A DNA stretch of 64,000 nucleotides from a virus. Lineage: Duplodnaviria; Caudoviricetes. Shown here piece by piece: positions 47,301-57,523 of this stretch. The DNA is taken from positions 56,296 through 120,295 of the IMG/VR virus record IMGVR_UViG_2974601178_000001. One strand, written 5' to 3'. The notes under the pieces were generated by a model. It saw nothing but the letters and a program-made list of their open reading frames with translations, was not told where the DNA came from and made no database searches. Position 1 is the stretch's first letter, and every line of letters begins with the position of its first letter. Position numbers and translations under genes: made by a program.

Positions 47301-48430
47301 ATATCCTTTGCAGCAGCTTCCGAACTACCACTTGCAGCCAACATAGAAGCTTCCATCCCCTGAAAGTCTTGCCCTACCCGCTTAATAGCACCCGTACCTT
47401 CAAAAATAGCATACAAGCTTGCATAGCTGCGGATCATATTCCTTGTCGAATCGGCTAAACCCTTTTGTGCAATGTTCGTTTTCTTTAAGCTTTTCCTGTA
47501 ACGCGCCATACTCTCTCGTGTATCAGACATTGACTTACGTAAGTTCTGCAATCCTTTAAGATCCTTCTTATCGACTAAACTTTGTATCTCCCTTTCATAC
47601 TTGCCGCTTTCACCCATACGCACTGCAAGTTTAAACCCTGCTGACCTACGAATTCTTTCCGCTTGTGTTTCCATTGCAGCGTTATGCTTCTTTAAGGCTT
47701 TCGCTCTTTTTTGCAAAGACTCTCGGATAGAAGCTTCCTCTTTCCTACGATCATCTTCTCGTTGTTTACGATTGGCAGCTCTTCTCTTTTGAGCGTCTTC
47801 CCAAGCCTTTCTTTTTTGTTGGGGAGAGGATGAAAGCTGTCCTATAGGATCGGAAGTCTTAGTATTCTGCTTTTCAAGAGATTTATAATAACCTCTCATA
47901 TCCTTTATTTCTTTATTCTCTTTTCCATAAGAATCTAGGATATGTTTTCTAGTTTTAAGCATCTCCTTTCTTTGAGAGAGTTCACTTGCTTTCTTGGCGG
48001 CTGCGGTGTTCTTTTGAACCTTTGCTAAATCCAATTCCCTTTTTAGTTCTTTATCCTGCCTAGATGAGATAGCTTTCTCTATTGCTGCTTGTTCTCTTTG
48101 CGACTTAGACAGATTACTATAACCCCTTAGTCGATCCTTTTCCTTTTTGTCCTTTTTGTAGAGAGAAACCCTTTTATCAAAATCCTTTTTTAAATTATTC
48201 TCTTGTTTGACTCTTAATGCTTCCATTTCCTTTTGAGTCTTAGCTTTACGTTTCTGAGAATTCTCCCAAGATTTCCTTTTATCCTTTTCACTTTTTACAA
48301 GTTTCTCGTCCCTTTTTATCTGTTTCTTACCTACACTTTCTAAAAACTTGTCTAAATCATTAGCACCCTTTTTAGCTTCCTTAGAATCAGTGAGGAACTT
48401 TATTACGAATTCTTCAATTATATTAGACAT
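44366..48430 (-). CDS. Tape measure protein, spliced: join(48430-47097, 46802-46778, 46419-46381, 45334-44366), 788 aa
   Basis: Removing three introns restores ALIQ-MMSKGKVMA-EELKNQLGDSLPG-AVQIF, the conserved tape-measure motif, in frame. Confidence 0.92.
45335..46380 (-). mobile_element. Group I intron 3 of tape measure gene (1046 nt, HNH-encoding)
   Basis: Exon ends in U, intron ends in G; P1 U.G; P AAUUGCGGGAA, Q AAUCCGCAGC, P7 GAUCA/UGAUC. Confidence 0.92.
45495..46181 (-). CDS. Intron-encoded HNH homing endonuclease
   Basis: VHR..A.AFIPNPENKPCVNHKD...NN...NLEWCT..EN. Confidence 0.92.
   Translation of the reverse strand: MFKVVPDYEFIMINTEGVIKSCYSGNVLKPYSDKDGYLRVSSWNPEEGKNKSVSVHRAKAKAFIPNPENKPCVNHKDCNRQNNDLDNLEWCTVAENNLHGLLYGDICVGRKGEGNPNNVHPEELIHNICSLLEKGLSQVKITKQLGIKKSLVYDVRSKTTWCEISDLYNIKPVNKSLDSDTVHLICKDLQEGLSDKVIDSKYSLGQGVLRFIKQRKTFKHVSKNYNWD
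46420..46777 (-). mobile_element. Group I intron 2 of tape measure gene (358 nt, no ORF)
   Basis: U|...G boundaries; P AAUUGCUGGGAA, Q AAUCAGCAGC, P7 GAUCA/UGAUC. Confidence 0.9.
46803..47096 (-). mobile_element. Group I intron 1 of tape measure gene (294 nt, no ORF)
   Basis: P1 CCAGAU/GUCUGG; P7 GACCA/UGGUC; terminal G. Confidence 0.9.
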
Positions 48431-48489
48431 TCATACTAACACCTTTTGTTGAAAAGAGACCTTACCTAAATAAGATCCCTTTTTGTTAA

Positions 48490-48756
48490 TTATTCTTTTG
48501 GCTTGGAATCTTCATATTGTGCAATTTCATAATCTTGATTCATGAGCATCTCCTCTTCAAAATGGAAATACTCTTTTATATCAGATTCGTGCATCAATTC
48601 CTTGAAACTTATTCCATAATTCTTCCATGTGTACTTGATAACCATATTTTGGTATAGTCTTTCTGGGTCTAAAGTGGATTCCTTTTCAACATGTTTATCT
48701 ACTATTCCTCGGTAGATTGACCTGTTTGCATCACTTTCTTCAACACTCCTCCCCAT
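48490..48756 (-). CDS. Tail assembly chaperone, second (GT-like) frame
   Basis: In -1 frame overlapping 48702-49166, upstream of tape measure. Confidence 0.6.
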   Translation of the reverse strand: MGRSVEESDANRSIYRGIVDKHVEKESTLDPERLYQNMVIKYTWKNYGISFKELMHESDIKEYFHFEEEMLMNQDYEIAQYEDSKPKE

Positions 48757-49166
48757 GACTTGGTTATAACGTTTTCTGTAAAAAAATCTTTAAAATTCTC
48801 CTCGAACAAGAAGAAGATGAATTCCATGAAAAGTGCTGGCTTGCCTCGGAAATCTTTATCCAAATCTTCAAAGCTATTAAATTGAACACCTTCATCATTT
48901 GTTGAACCCATCAACATTTTAGCAATCAGCTTATCAATTTCAGGCTTTTCCATATCCTCTGCAATAAGGCTCATGATATCTTTGAAAGTGTTTACTTTGT
49001 TAAATGTAGCGTAATCTTCATCAACATTCTTACTATCCAAAACTTCACCCATGATTGGTGCGATTGTTTTCAACAGTACACGACTACCCTTAAAGCATTC
49101 CCATGTACTCAATACTGTGATTGTGTAAGTCTTATCTCCGATTGTTTTCTTTCTCGTTGGTAACAT
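48702..49166 (-). CDS. Tail assembly chaperone
   Basis: Between tube and tape measure genes. Confidence 0.75.
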   Translation of the reverse strand: MLPTRKKTIGDKTYTITVLSTWECFKGSRVLLKTIAPIMGEVLDSKNVDEDYATFNKVNTFKDIMSLIAEDMEKPEIDKLIAKMLMGSTNDEGVQFNSFEDLDKDFRGKPALFMEFIFFLFEENFKDFFTENVITKSWGGVLKKVMQTGQSTEE

Positions 49167-49251
49167 GATTATCTCTTCCTCATATTTTATTGTTTTACAA
49201 AAAGAAAAAGCACCTACCCATGTAGGTAAGTGCTTTTATGTTTATTACTTA

Positions 49252-49764
49252 TTAAGATGTTAAATCTTGTAAGTTTTGTGCTTGCTCTGAAATAAAGTCT
49301 ACAAAGTTATTTGCATTTAACACTTCAGAAGCAGTTTCAGAAATACCTTCTGCTGCTGGTAAGTATTGAACATTATCAACATGGAACATGTGAGTACGAG
49401 TACCCGCTTCTGCTGCCAATGCTTGTGGTGCCATCTTACGTAAGTGTACATCTTTAAGGTTAACTAATTCACTGCCTGAACGGTCTGTGATAGTGATATC
49501 AAAGAATAACAAATCATTTGTAGTTTTAGTTTTTAAATCTAGTGCTGCAACACACATGTTAAATTCTGAATTATGTTGCTGTAATTCAATTTCAAAAGTA
49601 CCTGTGTTATCTGCAATAACCGTGTGAGCTGGCACACCATCTGCTGAAACGATTGTACTTGAGTTATCAGAATTACGATCTACTGTAATTGAAGTCCAAC
49701 CAGATACATCTTGGAAACCACCAACTACTATTTTAACGTCCTTTGGACTATAAGTTTTAGCCAT
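49252..49764 (-). CDS. Tail tube protein (DUF3277-like)
   Basis: TYSPKDV, ADG, GT.EIELQQ, ITDRSG. Confidence 0.85.
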   Translation of the reverse strand: MAKTYSPKDVKIVVGGFQDVSGWTSITVDRNSDNSSTIVSADGVPAHTVIADNTGTFEIELQQHNSEFNMCVAALDLKTKTTNDLLFFDITITDRSGSELVNLKDVHLRKMAPQALAAEAGTRTHMFHVDNVQYLPAAEGISETASEVLNANNFVDFISEQAQNLQDLTS

Positions 49765-49775
49765 TGTTTTATTCC

Positions 49776-51152
49776 TTAATTACCTAGTGTACCAGTGATT
49801 TCAATCATGTGGATAGCGCCTCGAAGGGTTCCTTTGAAACTCACTTGTTTAAATACGTTTGCAGCTTTATCGGCAGCGTTAATCTCAGATACACGAGGTA
49901 TTGTGATAGAAGTATTTGGTAAAAGGAAGTTATGGAAATCTTCTGACTCATATTGATTAAGTACTGTACGAACAGCACCACGAACTTTGTTCAAGCTTGT
50001 TTCATCAAATGCAAGACGACCATTCTTCTGACGTATCATCAGCTCAGTAGTAGTTGCTTCTAAATCAACTTGAAGGTTATCACGAGTAACAATATTCATT
50101 GTAAGCTCACCACTTGCCACTTTACCACCATAAGTGATAGAAGGGTTTGTGCTAAATGATGCACCGCTGATTTGAACCTTGTCGTAGAAGTTAACTTCAT
50201 TACTCTTCATGTTAGACACTTGAGTTGCTGTTAAATTTCCACCTGTTGCATTAAGTGCTGCTGGAACACCTGAAACAATACGAGCATGGTAAGTAACACG
50301 ACCAGTTGTAAATGTAGCAATCTCTGCTAAAGCTGCAACTTCTGGGTAAGTGTCTTCTGCTAAGTGGTGATACTCTGGCATAGTACGGAAGTATTGATTA
50401 TCTTTGACAGTTTTAACACTACCAGATAATACTGCTGCGTAAGCACCTTCTTCCTTTGTGGTATAACGGAATAGTTTGAAACGAGCTTCTACTTCAGCAG
50501 CTAACTCTTCAATAAAGGTTACACTCTTTTCTTCACTAGTTATATAGTACCATGAATCATCTTCAATTGCAATAGCTGCCAACATCTCTGCTGCAGACTC
50601 TTCAACCGCACCCGCAGAAGTAGATAAATTTAGAAGGTTGGTCACTGTGAACCAATCATCACCTACTTTATGAGAAAGAGTTAATATTGCGTCATTACCA
50701 GTACCTGTTACAGAAGCTGTAATTTTTGCATTAAGGTCTGCATTACCTGTGATAGCAGTGACTACTTGGTCAAGGATATCTTGCTTGGTTTCACCAGTAC
50801 CTGCTGTAACACTGATTTCTAATGCAGCGAGAGAACCTAGTGCATTAACTGTTACATTGTATTCTAAACCGTCTACAACGTCCTCTGTTACGTTTAAAAC
50901 AGTAGAAGCATTAGCACGACCTACTTTAATTGATTGTGGTCGAGGTGTCTGTGAGAAGCCGCCACGTAAAGCTTTATAAGCTGCATCATCTGCTGAAAAA
51001 CCATCTTCAAGCAAAGCATCTGCATCAGTGTAAGTACGAATACGTTCAGACCATAAATTGTGTTTTGCCGCAAACATGATACCTTGGAAACCTTGACGAC
51101 CTACTGTTGCCGTTTCCAAAGAAATATTCGCAATGGCTAATTGTACACTCAT
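49776..51152 (-). CDS. Tail sheath protein (DUF3383-like)
   Basis: FSQTPRP..IKVGR, GAIH...ITG. Confidence 0.88.
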   Translation of the reverse strand: MSVQLAIANISLETATVGRQGFQGIMFAAKHNLWSERIRTYTDADALLEDGFSADDAAYKALRGGFSQTPRPQSIKVGRANASTVLNVTEDVVDGLEYNVTVNALGSLAALEISVTAGTGETKQDILDQVVTAITGNADLNAKITASVTGTGNDAILTLSHKVGDDWFTVTNLLNLSTSAGAVEESAAEMLAAIAIEDDSWYYITSEEKSVTFIEELAAEVEARFKLFRYTTKEEGAYAAVLSGSVKTVKDNQYFRTMPEYHHLAEDTYPEVAALAEIATFTTGRVTYHARIVSGVPAALNATGGNLTATQVSNMKSNEVNFYDKVQISGASFSTNPSITYGGKVASGELTMNIVTRDNLQVDLEATTTELMIRQKNGRLAFDETSLNKVRGAVRTVLNQYESEDFHNFLLPNTSITIPRVSEINAADKAANVFKQVSFKGTLRGAIHMIEITGTLGN

Positions 51153-51167
51153 TGATTATTCCTTAGT

Positions 51168-51911
51168 TTAATTGTTATTTGTTGTTCTAAAGGTTACAGC
51201 CATAGGAGTAGGGTCATCTTCATAATGATCCAATTCTCCGCCTTCTGAGGCTTCTTGCGAGGGTAGTCCACTATCAGGTGGAACAGGGGGTAAAATATTC
51301 AAATCACTGTCAACCACTATTTGGTCAAAGTAACCTAAAACATCCGTTGATATGGTATACTCATCTACTACAGATAAGAATATATCAAAAGAACGCATTT
51401 CTATATAAGTGTCTTGGTAAACAACATTAGAGGGAACTACATCAGATTTATTTCTAACTGCAACCTCTTGACCATAAAATTTTTCCAATAACACTCTAAA
51501 GTTTTCAACTTCCCAACTCATATGCATTCTGTTAGCAATACTATCTGCTGAATTCTTTCTGTTACCATAAAATTTAACATTCATGGAAACTATTTTATTA
51601 GTTTGGTAAACTTGTTCATTATCTCTTAAAAAGATATTGACTACTTCCGAAACATCATCTACTATTCTATTATGAGTTACACTACAATAAGGATAATCTG
51701 GTATGTTAGGTTTACGATGTGATCCATCTTTCTCAAAGTTTCTTTCCAATACAACAGCGGGGATATTCCCATTACCATCATCTGGTACATCTGCGAGAGA
51801 GCCTTCTATTGTTGCAAGCATATCCCCTACTGAAAGAGAAACTACTTTGGCAACAGACTTTTCTAATCTATCTATATCAATCAACTTTATCTCTCCTGTA
51901 AAATAGGCCAA
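51168..51911 (-). CDS. Tail terminator / neck protein
   Basis: Synteny; P.YPY motif. Confidence 0.65.
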   Translation of the reverse strand: MAYFTGEIKLIDIDRLEKSVAKVVSLSVGDMLATIEGSLADVPDDGNGNIPAVVLERNFEKDGSHRKPNIPDYPYCSVTHNRIVDDVSEVVNIFLRDNEQVYQTNKIVSMNVKFYGNRKNSADSIANRMHMSWEVENFRVLLEKFYGQEVAVRNKSDVVPSNVVYQDTYIEMRSFDIFLSVVDEYTISTDVLGYFDQIVVDSDLNILPPVPPDSGLPSQEASEGGELDHYEDDPTPMAVTFRTTNNN

Positions 51912-52257
51912 GATAATGATTGGGGATTAAGCTCACACCACCTGTAGAATGTCCTGTCCAATTGGCAACATCTAAACAGTAGAATGTACGTCCTTCGTAA
52001 ACAATCTCATCTGCCATCCATTCTTCTAATTCGTCATTGGCACGTAGTTCAGAATGTGTTCTTATTTCAATAGCGTAAACACTTCTAAAACCATCAGGAA
52101 GCTTTAAGTTATTCTTACCATCACGATAAGGTTGGATATTACATTCTATCTCAACTAGGTAATCTTCTGCTGGAACCACTTCAAAATCGATATACTGTGT
52201 ACCACCGTCATTTCTACTAATAGTTTCCACCCTGTTAAATAAAGATATAATGCTCAT
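51877..52257 (-). CDS. Head closure / head-tail joining protein
   Basis: NIQP...LPDGFR...ADEIVYEG. Confidence 0.7.
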   Translation of the reverse strand: MSIISLFNRVETISRNDGGTQYIDFEVVPAEDYLVEIECNIQPYRDGKNNLKLPDGFRSVYAIEIRTHSELRANDELEEWMADEIVYEGRTFYCLDVANWTGHSTGGVSLIPNHYLGLFYRRDKVD

Positions 52258-52751
52258 AAGTATTTTATCTCCATTGCCATTGAGGTTTTGTAACCAAAGT
52301 GATCCATTAGTTCACCTTCGTCTATTAGTGGGGTGGGGTTGGTAGTGACTTCTAGATAAGCTGAGTTTCCGAATATTCCTTTTCCATCTTGCATATACTT
52401 TCTACCAATATCATTCAATGCATTATTAATACTATAAGTAGTTTTAACATTGAGGTAATTTTTGAATATATTGCAGAAGAATTTAGTTTGATTTAAGCTT
52501 CCACCCACAATAGGTTTTATTGGAGCAAAAACATCCCTTTTAGGAAAGCTTACGTTTAAAGCATCAGCATTAGCGTGGATAAAGGCAAGGTTGGCAAATG
52601 TCATGTTGTTCCTATCATCCCATGCACCAAATCCTGATGCATTAGAAGGGTAACCTACATCAACACGTTTATTATCAAGTTCTTGAATCTTCTTCTTTAA
52701 CTTCTTCCAAACTTGATTGTTCTTGTTCTTTCTTATTATTTTTGCTTGCAC
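52254..52751 (-). CDS. Neck / tail completion protein
   Basis: VDVGY, A.IH, P.R, PLIDEGEL. Confidence 0.7.
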   Translation of the reverse strand: MQAKIIRKNKNNQVWKKLKKKIQELDNKRVDVGYPSNASGFGAWDDRNNMTFANLAFIHANADALNVSFPKRDVFAPIKPIVGGSLNQTKFFCNIFKNYLNVKTTYSINNALNDIGRKYMQDGKGIFGNSAYLEVTTNPTPLIDEGELMDHFGYKTSMAMEIKYL

Positions 52752-52842
52752 GAGATTTCCTCCGTGGAGCTTTCTTTTCGGGAAGAATCACTTCTTCTTT
52801 TGTTCCATCTGGAAACACTTTAGTAACTTTCAAAGTTGCCAT
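52675..52842 (-). CDS. Small hypothetical protein
   Basis: AGGAG RBS before MATLKV. Confidence 0.45.
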   Translation of the reverse strand: MATLKVTKVFPDGTKEEVILPEKKAPRRKSRASKNNKKEQEQSSLEEVKEEDSRT

Positions 52843-52919
52843 TAATGTTCTCCTTTCTATTACACTAATTATATAGGTAATCCAACAATTTGTCAAATTA
52901 CCTATTGTCAAGGGAAGTT

Positions 52920-53468
52920 TTATAAATCGTAATACTTTTTGTTCTTTCGTCTATTGGAAAAACAACTGTAAGGTGATTTCCTGTACTCTGTTTCAACGTC
53001 ATATCCATTTCGAGAATCAGGGTTATCTTTTACCCTTTTGTATTCTGATTGAGATACTCCACCAAATAAAGCATAACCAAGATCACTTTTTGCGAGGTAA
53101 GCCAACGACTCACAAACTAATGTAGGGTCGGTGTTAAACTTTTCAAGAAGGTTTTCCCACCCTGAGGACTCTCCTGAAGCTGAACTTGTGTATTCTACTT
53201 GAATTTCTACATCTCCAACCTTTTCACGTTTTTTGGATATTAGTCCAGATCCGCTTCCATTGGTGGCTTGCTCCTTGTTAACCAACCATTGCAAAGTAGA
53301 TAAAATACTTTCATACGTTACTATACAAAAGTCTTCATCTTCTAACGAGTGGTTGTCTACACTTCGCTGAATAAACCTATTCAAATTATCATCAGATATC
53401 GCAGAAGTGGATAAATCTCCTAATAGGAATCTCACTTCACTGTTAACATCTGCTATTGTAAATGCCAT
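52920..53468 (-). CDS. Head-tail adaptor protein
   Basis: VRFLLGD, KREKVGDVEIQVEY. Confidence 0.75.
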   Translation of the reverse strand: MAFTIADVNSEVRFLLGDLSTSAISDDNLNRFIQRSVDNHSLEDEDFCIVTYESILSTLQWLVNKEQATNGSGSGLISKKREKVGDVEIQVEYTSSASGESSGWENLLEKFNTDPTLVCESLAYLAKSDLGYALFGGVSQSEYKRVKDNPDSRNGYDVETEYRKSPYSCFSNRRKNKKYYDL

Positions 53469-53547
53469 CTATTTCTCCTAATTCTTTATTGTTGACACCA
53501 AGGTCATTCTATTGTTAAAATACCCTCTTTAAAATTAAGGAGTATTT

Positions 53548-53895
53548 ATGCGATTTGATATTGATAATTGTGGATTCACTTTCGACAAAACAATCCAAGT
53601 ATCTAAAGGAGAGAAAACTTTCCCATTTGTTACTTTAATGAAAGTGGACGATGTTTGCTTTATAGTTAACCACGCTAAACAGAAACTACCTTTCAAAAAG
53701 GAATTATTATCCGATAATGGGTATAATTCTGAAAGAGGTTACTCTTGGCAATATACACCTTCAAATGATTATAATATTATCAGCAAAGGTATCACCTGCT
53801 TACAATGTAACCCTTGTTCAGGTGTTATAACCTTTAGCTATTTGTTAGGTTATTGCGAGGCAATGGGTGTTGATTTAACAGATTACCTAGATTAA
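53548..53895 (+). CDS. Counter-oriented hypothetical gene with own promoter and terminator
   Basis: TTGACA near 53492, AAGGAG RBS, hairpin 53902-53940. Confidence 0.65.
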   Translation: MRFDIDNCGFTFDKTIQVSKGEKTFPFVTLMKVDDVCFIVNHAKQKLPFKKELLSDNGYNSERGYSWQYTPSNDYNIISKGITCLQCNPCSGVITFSYLLGYCEAMGVDLTDYLD

Positions 53896-53961
53896 AAACA
53901 AAAAGACCGCCTAAGAGAGAATGTCCCTTGGCGGTCTTTAAACTCTTAACTTTTAATTATA

Positions 53962-54447
53962 TTAAGCTGAGTATTCGTCTTTAAACTTTTTCTTCATGTT
54001 ATCAAGTTTAGCATTCTTAGCTAATGTCACTTTGAAAGATTCAGCATAATCTGCTAATTCATCTTTACTTTTCATAGCATCAACTTTGTCCCAATCAGGA
54101 GTATCCACTTCTAAAGTAATTAACTCTTCTGCTGGTTCGTCTATTTCAACATGAGCTTCTTCTACAATAGTTTCTTTTTCTGAAACAGTGTTTTTGAAGA
54201 ATAACATGATTGCAACTTGACCTTTGATACGAGAAGCCACTTCATCAAGTTGTACTTCTTTTGGTAAAAAGGTGTTTAACTTTTCACACATGATTCTCAT
54301 ATTAGGGCAATGGTAGAAATCTTTTCCTACAAAGAATGAGAATCGTGAGCTAGTGATACTCTTGTTGAAATCTAAATCTTCGATGTAAAATTGTAACCAT
54401 TTGTAGAAAAGTTTCTTTGATTTAAAAAGTTTGTATTGTTCTTTCAT
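53962..54447 (-). CDS. Hypothetical protein (possible C-terminal HeH-like domain)
   Basis: GAGG RBS before MKEQY; SKDELADYA.SF.V.L. Confidence 0.6.
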   Translation of the reverse strand: MKEQYKLFKSKKLFYKWLQFYIEDLDFNKSITSSRFSFFVGKDFYHCPNMRIMCEKLNTFLPKEVQLDEVASRIKGQVAIMLFFKNTVSEKETIVEEAHVEIDEPAEELITLEVDTPDWDKVDAMKSKDELADYAESFKVTLAKNAKLDNMKKKFKDEYSA

Positions 54448-54476
54448 TTTGTTTCCTCTCTGGGGATAGTTGTAAG

Positions 54477-55922
54477 TCACATTCCGTGTAATGACTTTTG
54501 GTATTCTTGTTGTAAGATATCCTTTATCTTATTGTAATCTGTATGACTGTAACATTCTGTCCAACCATCACTGAATTTTTCTCTATCAACTGTAACTCTA
54601 TCGAACAAGGGTTTCAACATAGCTTCAATTGCAGGGGGAGTTTCTCCATTTTCGAAATGATATTCATCTAGGATAACACCTTCGTAATCTGTACTATTTC
54701 TACTTTGATTTTCTAATCGGGTAATTGCACCAAGATTGGTTATACCTACTTTCAGGAAACTGGGTTCACCTGTTAAAGTGTTCAACCATATAGAAATGTA
54801 AATACTTCCTGAGATGTGAGATTTGTAACCGTTGGCTTTGCAACAAGGGCAACCTTTACCTAGTCTTACGTTGCTATAAGCAATAGGGAACGGTTTATTA
54901 GTAACAGGGCAGAGGAATCTTATAGGAGTGGTGTTATTGACATAGTCATCAATTCTTGTATAAAGCACACCCTTTGCTTTTAATTCAGCATCCACTTCTT
55001 CATTGGTGAGTCTTTGTCTTTCACCAGAAAGTTTAAAACTGCATTTCGAACAGAAGTGTTTCTTTAAGTGTAGGTTTGCTGTCCCCATTGGAACAATACC
55101 GTGTTCTTCACAAAAGACTTTAACCGACTTATTATGATAATCTTCTTGAGTTATGTGTTCTGTAGGGTAACCTAAATCTTCTACTCTAGATAGGAACTCT
55201 TTATAAAATCTTTCTTTTGTTTTGGCCTTTTTGATACATCCACAAGAAGATTTATGTATTTGAGTGGCTTCTTTTATAAAGTAAATCTTATTTTTACATT
55301 TACATTCCACAAAGTAACCTTCTACTCCTTCTCTAGACAAACCCCTACCTAAGATTAAATTTCCATTTACCAAATCACCAGAATAATATTTTAAACGTCT
55401 ACCTTCTTCAGGTAAAAATTCTATATCTTCCAATTTATAAAACCTATCTACTCTTGTGTGGTCTCTTTCTTTAAAGGTTTTTAATCTTTGCTTTTGGGCA
55501 CAAACTTGGCATCCAGCTCCGTGTTGATGGTGATCTGCTACAATAGGGAAATAATCTTTGCATGTATTACAAAACACTTGAATGGTTTCCCTTACACCGT
55601 TTAAAGATATGACTTTATTATAATCATACTTATCACCGTGGATGGATTTACATTTGTGAATAAAGTCTTCTACTTTTAAACGTCTCTTTGATGCCCTAAT
55701 AACCAAGTTACACTGCTTGCAAGGTGTGGCTGTTTTAGTAAATAAAGACTTGTAGTAAACCGTACCAACCACTCCGTGTTCCTTACAAGCAACCTTTAAA
55801 TCTTTATCCAACCACTTATAGATATCTACATCGTATAAAGGGTAATCTGGGAAAGTATCTTCATACTTTTGTAAAAACTTCTTGTATCTGGTAGGGTGAT
55901 TGTGTAATAATTCTCTCTTCAA
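54477..55922 (-). CDS. Free-standing putative homing endonuclease (Zn-finger repeats plus GIY-YIG-like domain)
   Basis: C..HG / GC..C repeats, HGDKYDY, IY...FLKVGITN...R...IE...DGWTEC. Confidence 0.8.
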   Translation of the reverse strand: MKRELLHNHPTRYKKFLQKYEDTFPDYPLYDVDIYKWLDKDLKVACKEHGVVGTVYYKSLFTKTATPCKQCNLVIRASKRRLKVEDFIHKCKSIHGDKYDYNKVISLNGVRETIQVFCNTCKDYFPIVADHHQHGAGCQVCAQKQRLKTFKERDHTRVDRFYKLEDIEFLPEEGRRLKYYSGDLVNGNLILGRGLSREGVEGYFVECKCKNKIYFIKEATQIHKSSCGCIKKAKTKERFYKEFLSRVEDLGYPTEHITQEDYHNKSVKVFCEEHGIVPMGTANLHLKKHFCSKCSFKLSGERQRLTNEEVDAELKAKGVLYTRIDDYVNNTTPIRFLCPVTNKPFPIAYSNVRLGKGCPCCKANGYKSHISGSIYISIWLNTLTGEPSFLKVGITNLGAITRLENQSRNSTDYEGVILDEYHFENGETPPAIEAMLKPLFDRVTVDREKFSDGWTECYSHTDYNKIKDILQQEYQKSLHGM

Positions 55923-56035
55923 AACTTAGATTCTCCTTTTAGTAATATACTCTTAATCTTCTATAGTATACTATTAAAAGGAGAAGCGCAAGGCTTCTCT
56001 CTTTAAAATGTTTAATCGATTTTTTCAATCGTTTA

Positions 56036-57076
56036 TTAAACTGTGAACGAATATCTTGCGATTAACTGATCTTGTGTCACACAGGCTACCAGCGATGATT
56101 CACTTTCTATCACTTCTTTACGCTCATCACCTTTAATGAAAAGGTAACCATCTGAGATAGCTTCTTCACGATTTGCACCAGCAATAGTATCTGAATGACC
56201 GTACACTAGTTTAAACATGTCATCCATACCACGAGGGAAGATATAACCTTTGTTAGCTTCAACTTCACCACTTACGTCTTCAAGGTAAGTGATACCCTGC
56301 CAGCGAAGAACACGACCAGTAGAAAGACCACCTAAGCGTTGACGTAGAGGCTCTTCTTGTGATGCGTAGTTAGCGAATGCTTCAACGTAATCAGTGTGGT
56401 TCTTAAGTGCTGTGAAAGCATCAGTACCAAGGATAGCTACGATTTCATAGTTATCACCTAAATCACCAGCTTTAGCAAATACATGCTTACGAACTTTTTC
56501 AAATTCATCTGCTGGGTTACTTGCTTGGTCAGTTAAGTCGTAAGTTGCCGCACCACCTGCCGCACCATTGTACATGTCAGCATTTGGAATTTCAAACATT
56601 GACTGGAATGAACGTTGTAAGTTAGGACGAGGATTACCATTTGCATCTACTGCATAAGTAGAACCTTTAAGCGCTTGGTACATAACTTTCTGGTGAAGTT
56701 TAGCATGAGACTTTTGGATACGTGCAATAACACGAGCAGCCTTTGAGCGAACTGTTTCAGGATCTTGTGCTGTAGCAAACTCACGAAGAGATTGTACATC
56801 TTTTGGCTTGATAATTTTATCTAATGTGAAGAATGGTAATTCAACCCACGCTGTACGCGCTTCATCATCACCAGCTGCCTGACGGTCCGCACCACGAGCA
56901 ACTGAATACATATTATCCATACCAGAAACGATACGTTCAAATGCAACAACACTCTCATCAGAATATTCTACATCGAATAAACCCATCTTCTCAAGCATGT
57001 TCTCAACACGTGGTACAAGTGTCATTAGTGGTGTAAAGTTCTGTAAACCTTGTTCACCTAAGCGTAAATCTGCCAT
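56036..57076 (-). CDS. Major capsid protein (phage cap E-like)
   Basis: Synteny after protease and decoration genes; ARGA, LPFF, QALKG, ESES. Confidence 0.88.
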   Translation of the reverse strand: MADLRLGEQGLQNFTPLMTLVPRVENMLEKMGLFDVEYSDESVVAFERIVSGMDNMYSVARGADRQAAGDDEARTAWVELPFFTLDKIIKPKDVQSLREFATAQDPETVRSKAARVIARIQKSHAKLHQKVMYQALKGSTYAVDANGNPRPNLQRSFQSMFEIPNADMYNGAAGGAATYDLTDQASNPADEFEKVRKHVFAKAGDLGDNYEIVAILGTDAFTALKNHTDYVEAFANYASQEEPLRQRLGGLSTGRVLRWQGITYLEDVSGEVEANKGYIFPRGMDDMFKLVYGHSDTIAGANREEAISDGYLFIKGDERKEVIESESSLVACVTQDQLIARYSFTV

Positions 57077-57110
57077 TATTTATTTTCCTTTTATTCTTAT
57101 TATTTGAGGA

Positions 57111-57476
57111 TTAAGCTGAAACTTCTTGAGAAGCTTGAGTCTTTTTACCGAAAGTTGTAAGTTGAGCACCAGTTAGCGGAGTAGAACCTAGTTTAAGTTC
57201 TTCAGCTCGGAAGATAACCCAATCAAGTTCAGCAACAGCACGAATTGTAGCTGCGTCACCAGTAGAAACAGCGTCAATCAAATGATCATCAATTACATAA
57301 GCAACAGCAGATGCAAGGTCAGCTTCTACAGCTTCTGTGAAGTCAGCTTTAAGCAAAGTACCGTTTGTCATAGTTGCAGTTTTAGTAACTTGCAGAGTAG
57401 TGTTGATCATTGCATCGCCAGTACCTTCGCCTTGAAGAGCACGTAATACAACTTGGTTACGAGATAATGTAGCCAT
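57111..57476 (-). CDS. Head decoration protein
   Basis: Between protease and capsid genes. Confidence 0.7.
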   Translation of the reverse strand: MATLSRNQVVLRALQGEGTGDAMINTTLQVTKTATMTNGTLLKADFTEAVEADLASAVAYVIDDHLIDAVSTGDAATIRAVAELDWVIFRAEELKLGSTPLTGAQLTTFGKKTQASQEVSA

Positions 57477-57523
57477 TATATTTTTCCTTTATTTATAATT
57501 ATTATGTTCTGCTAATGCAGGGA

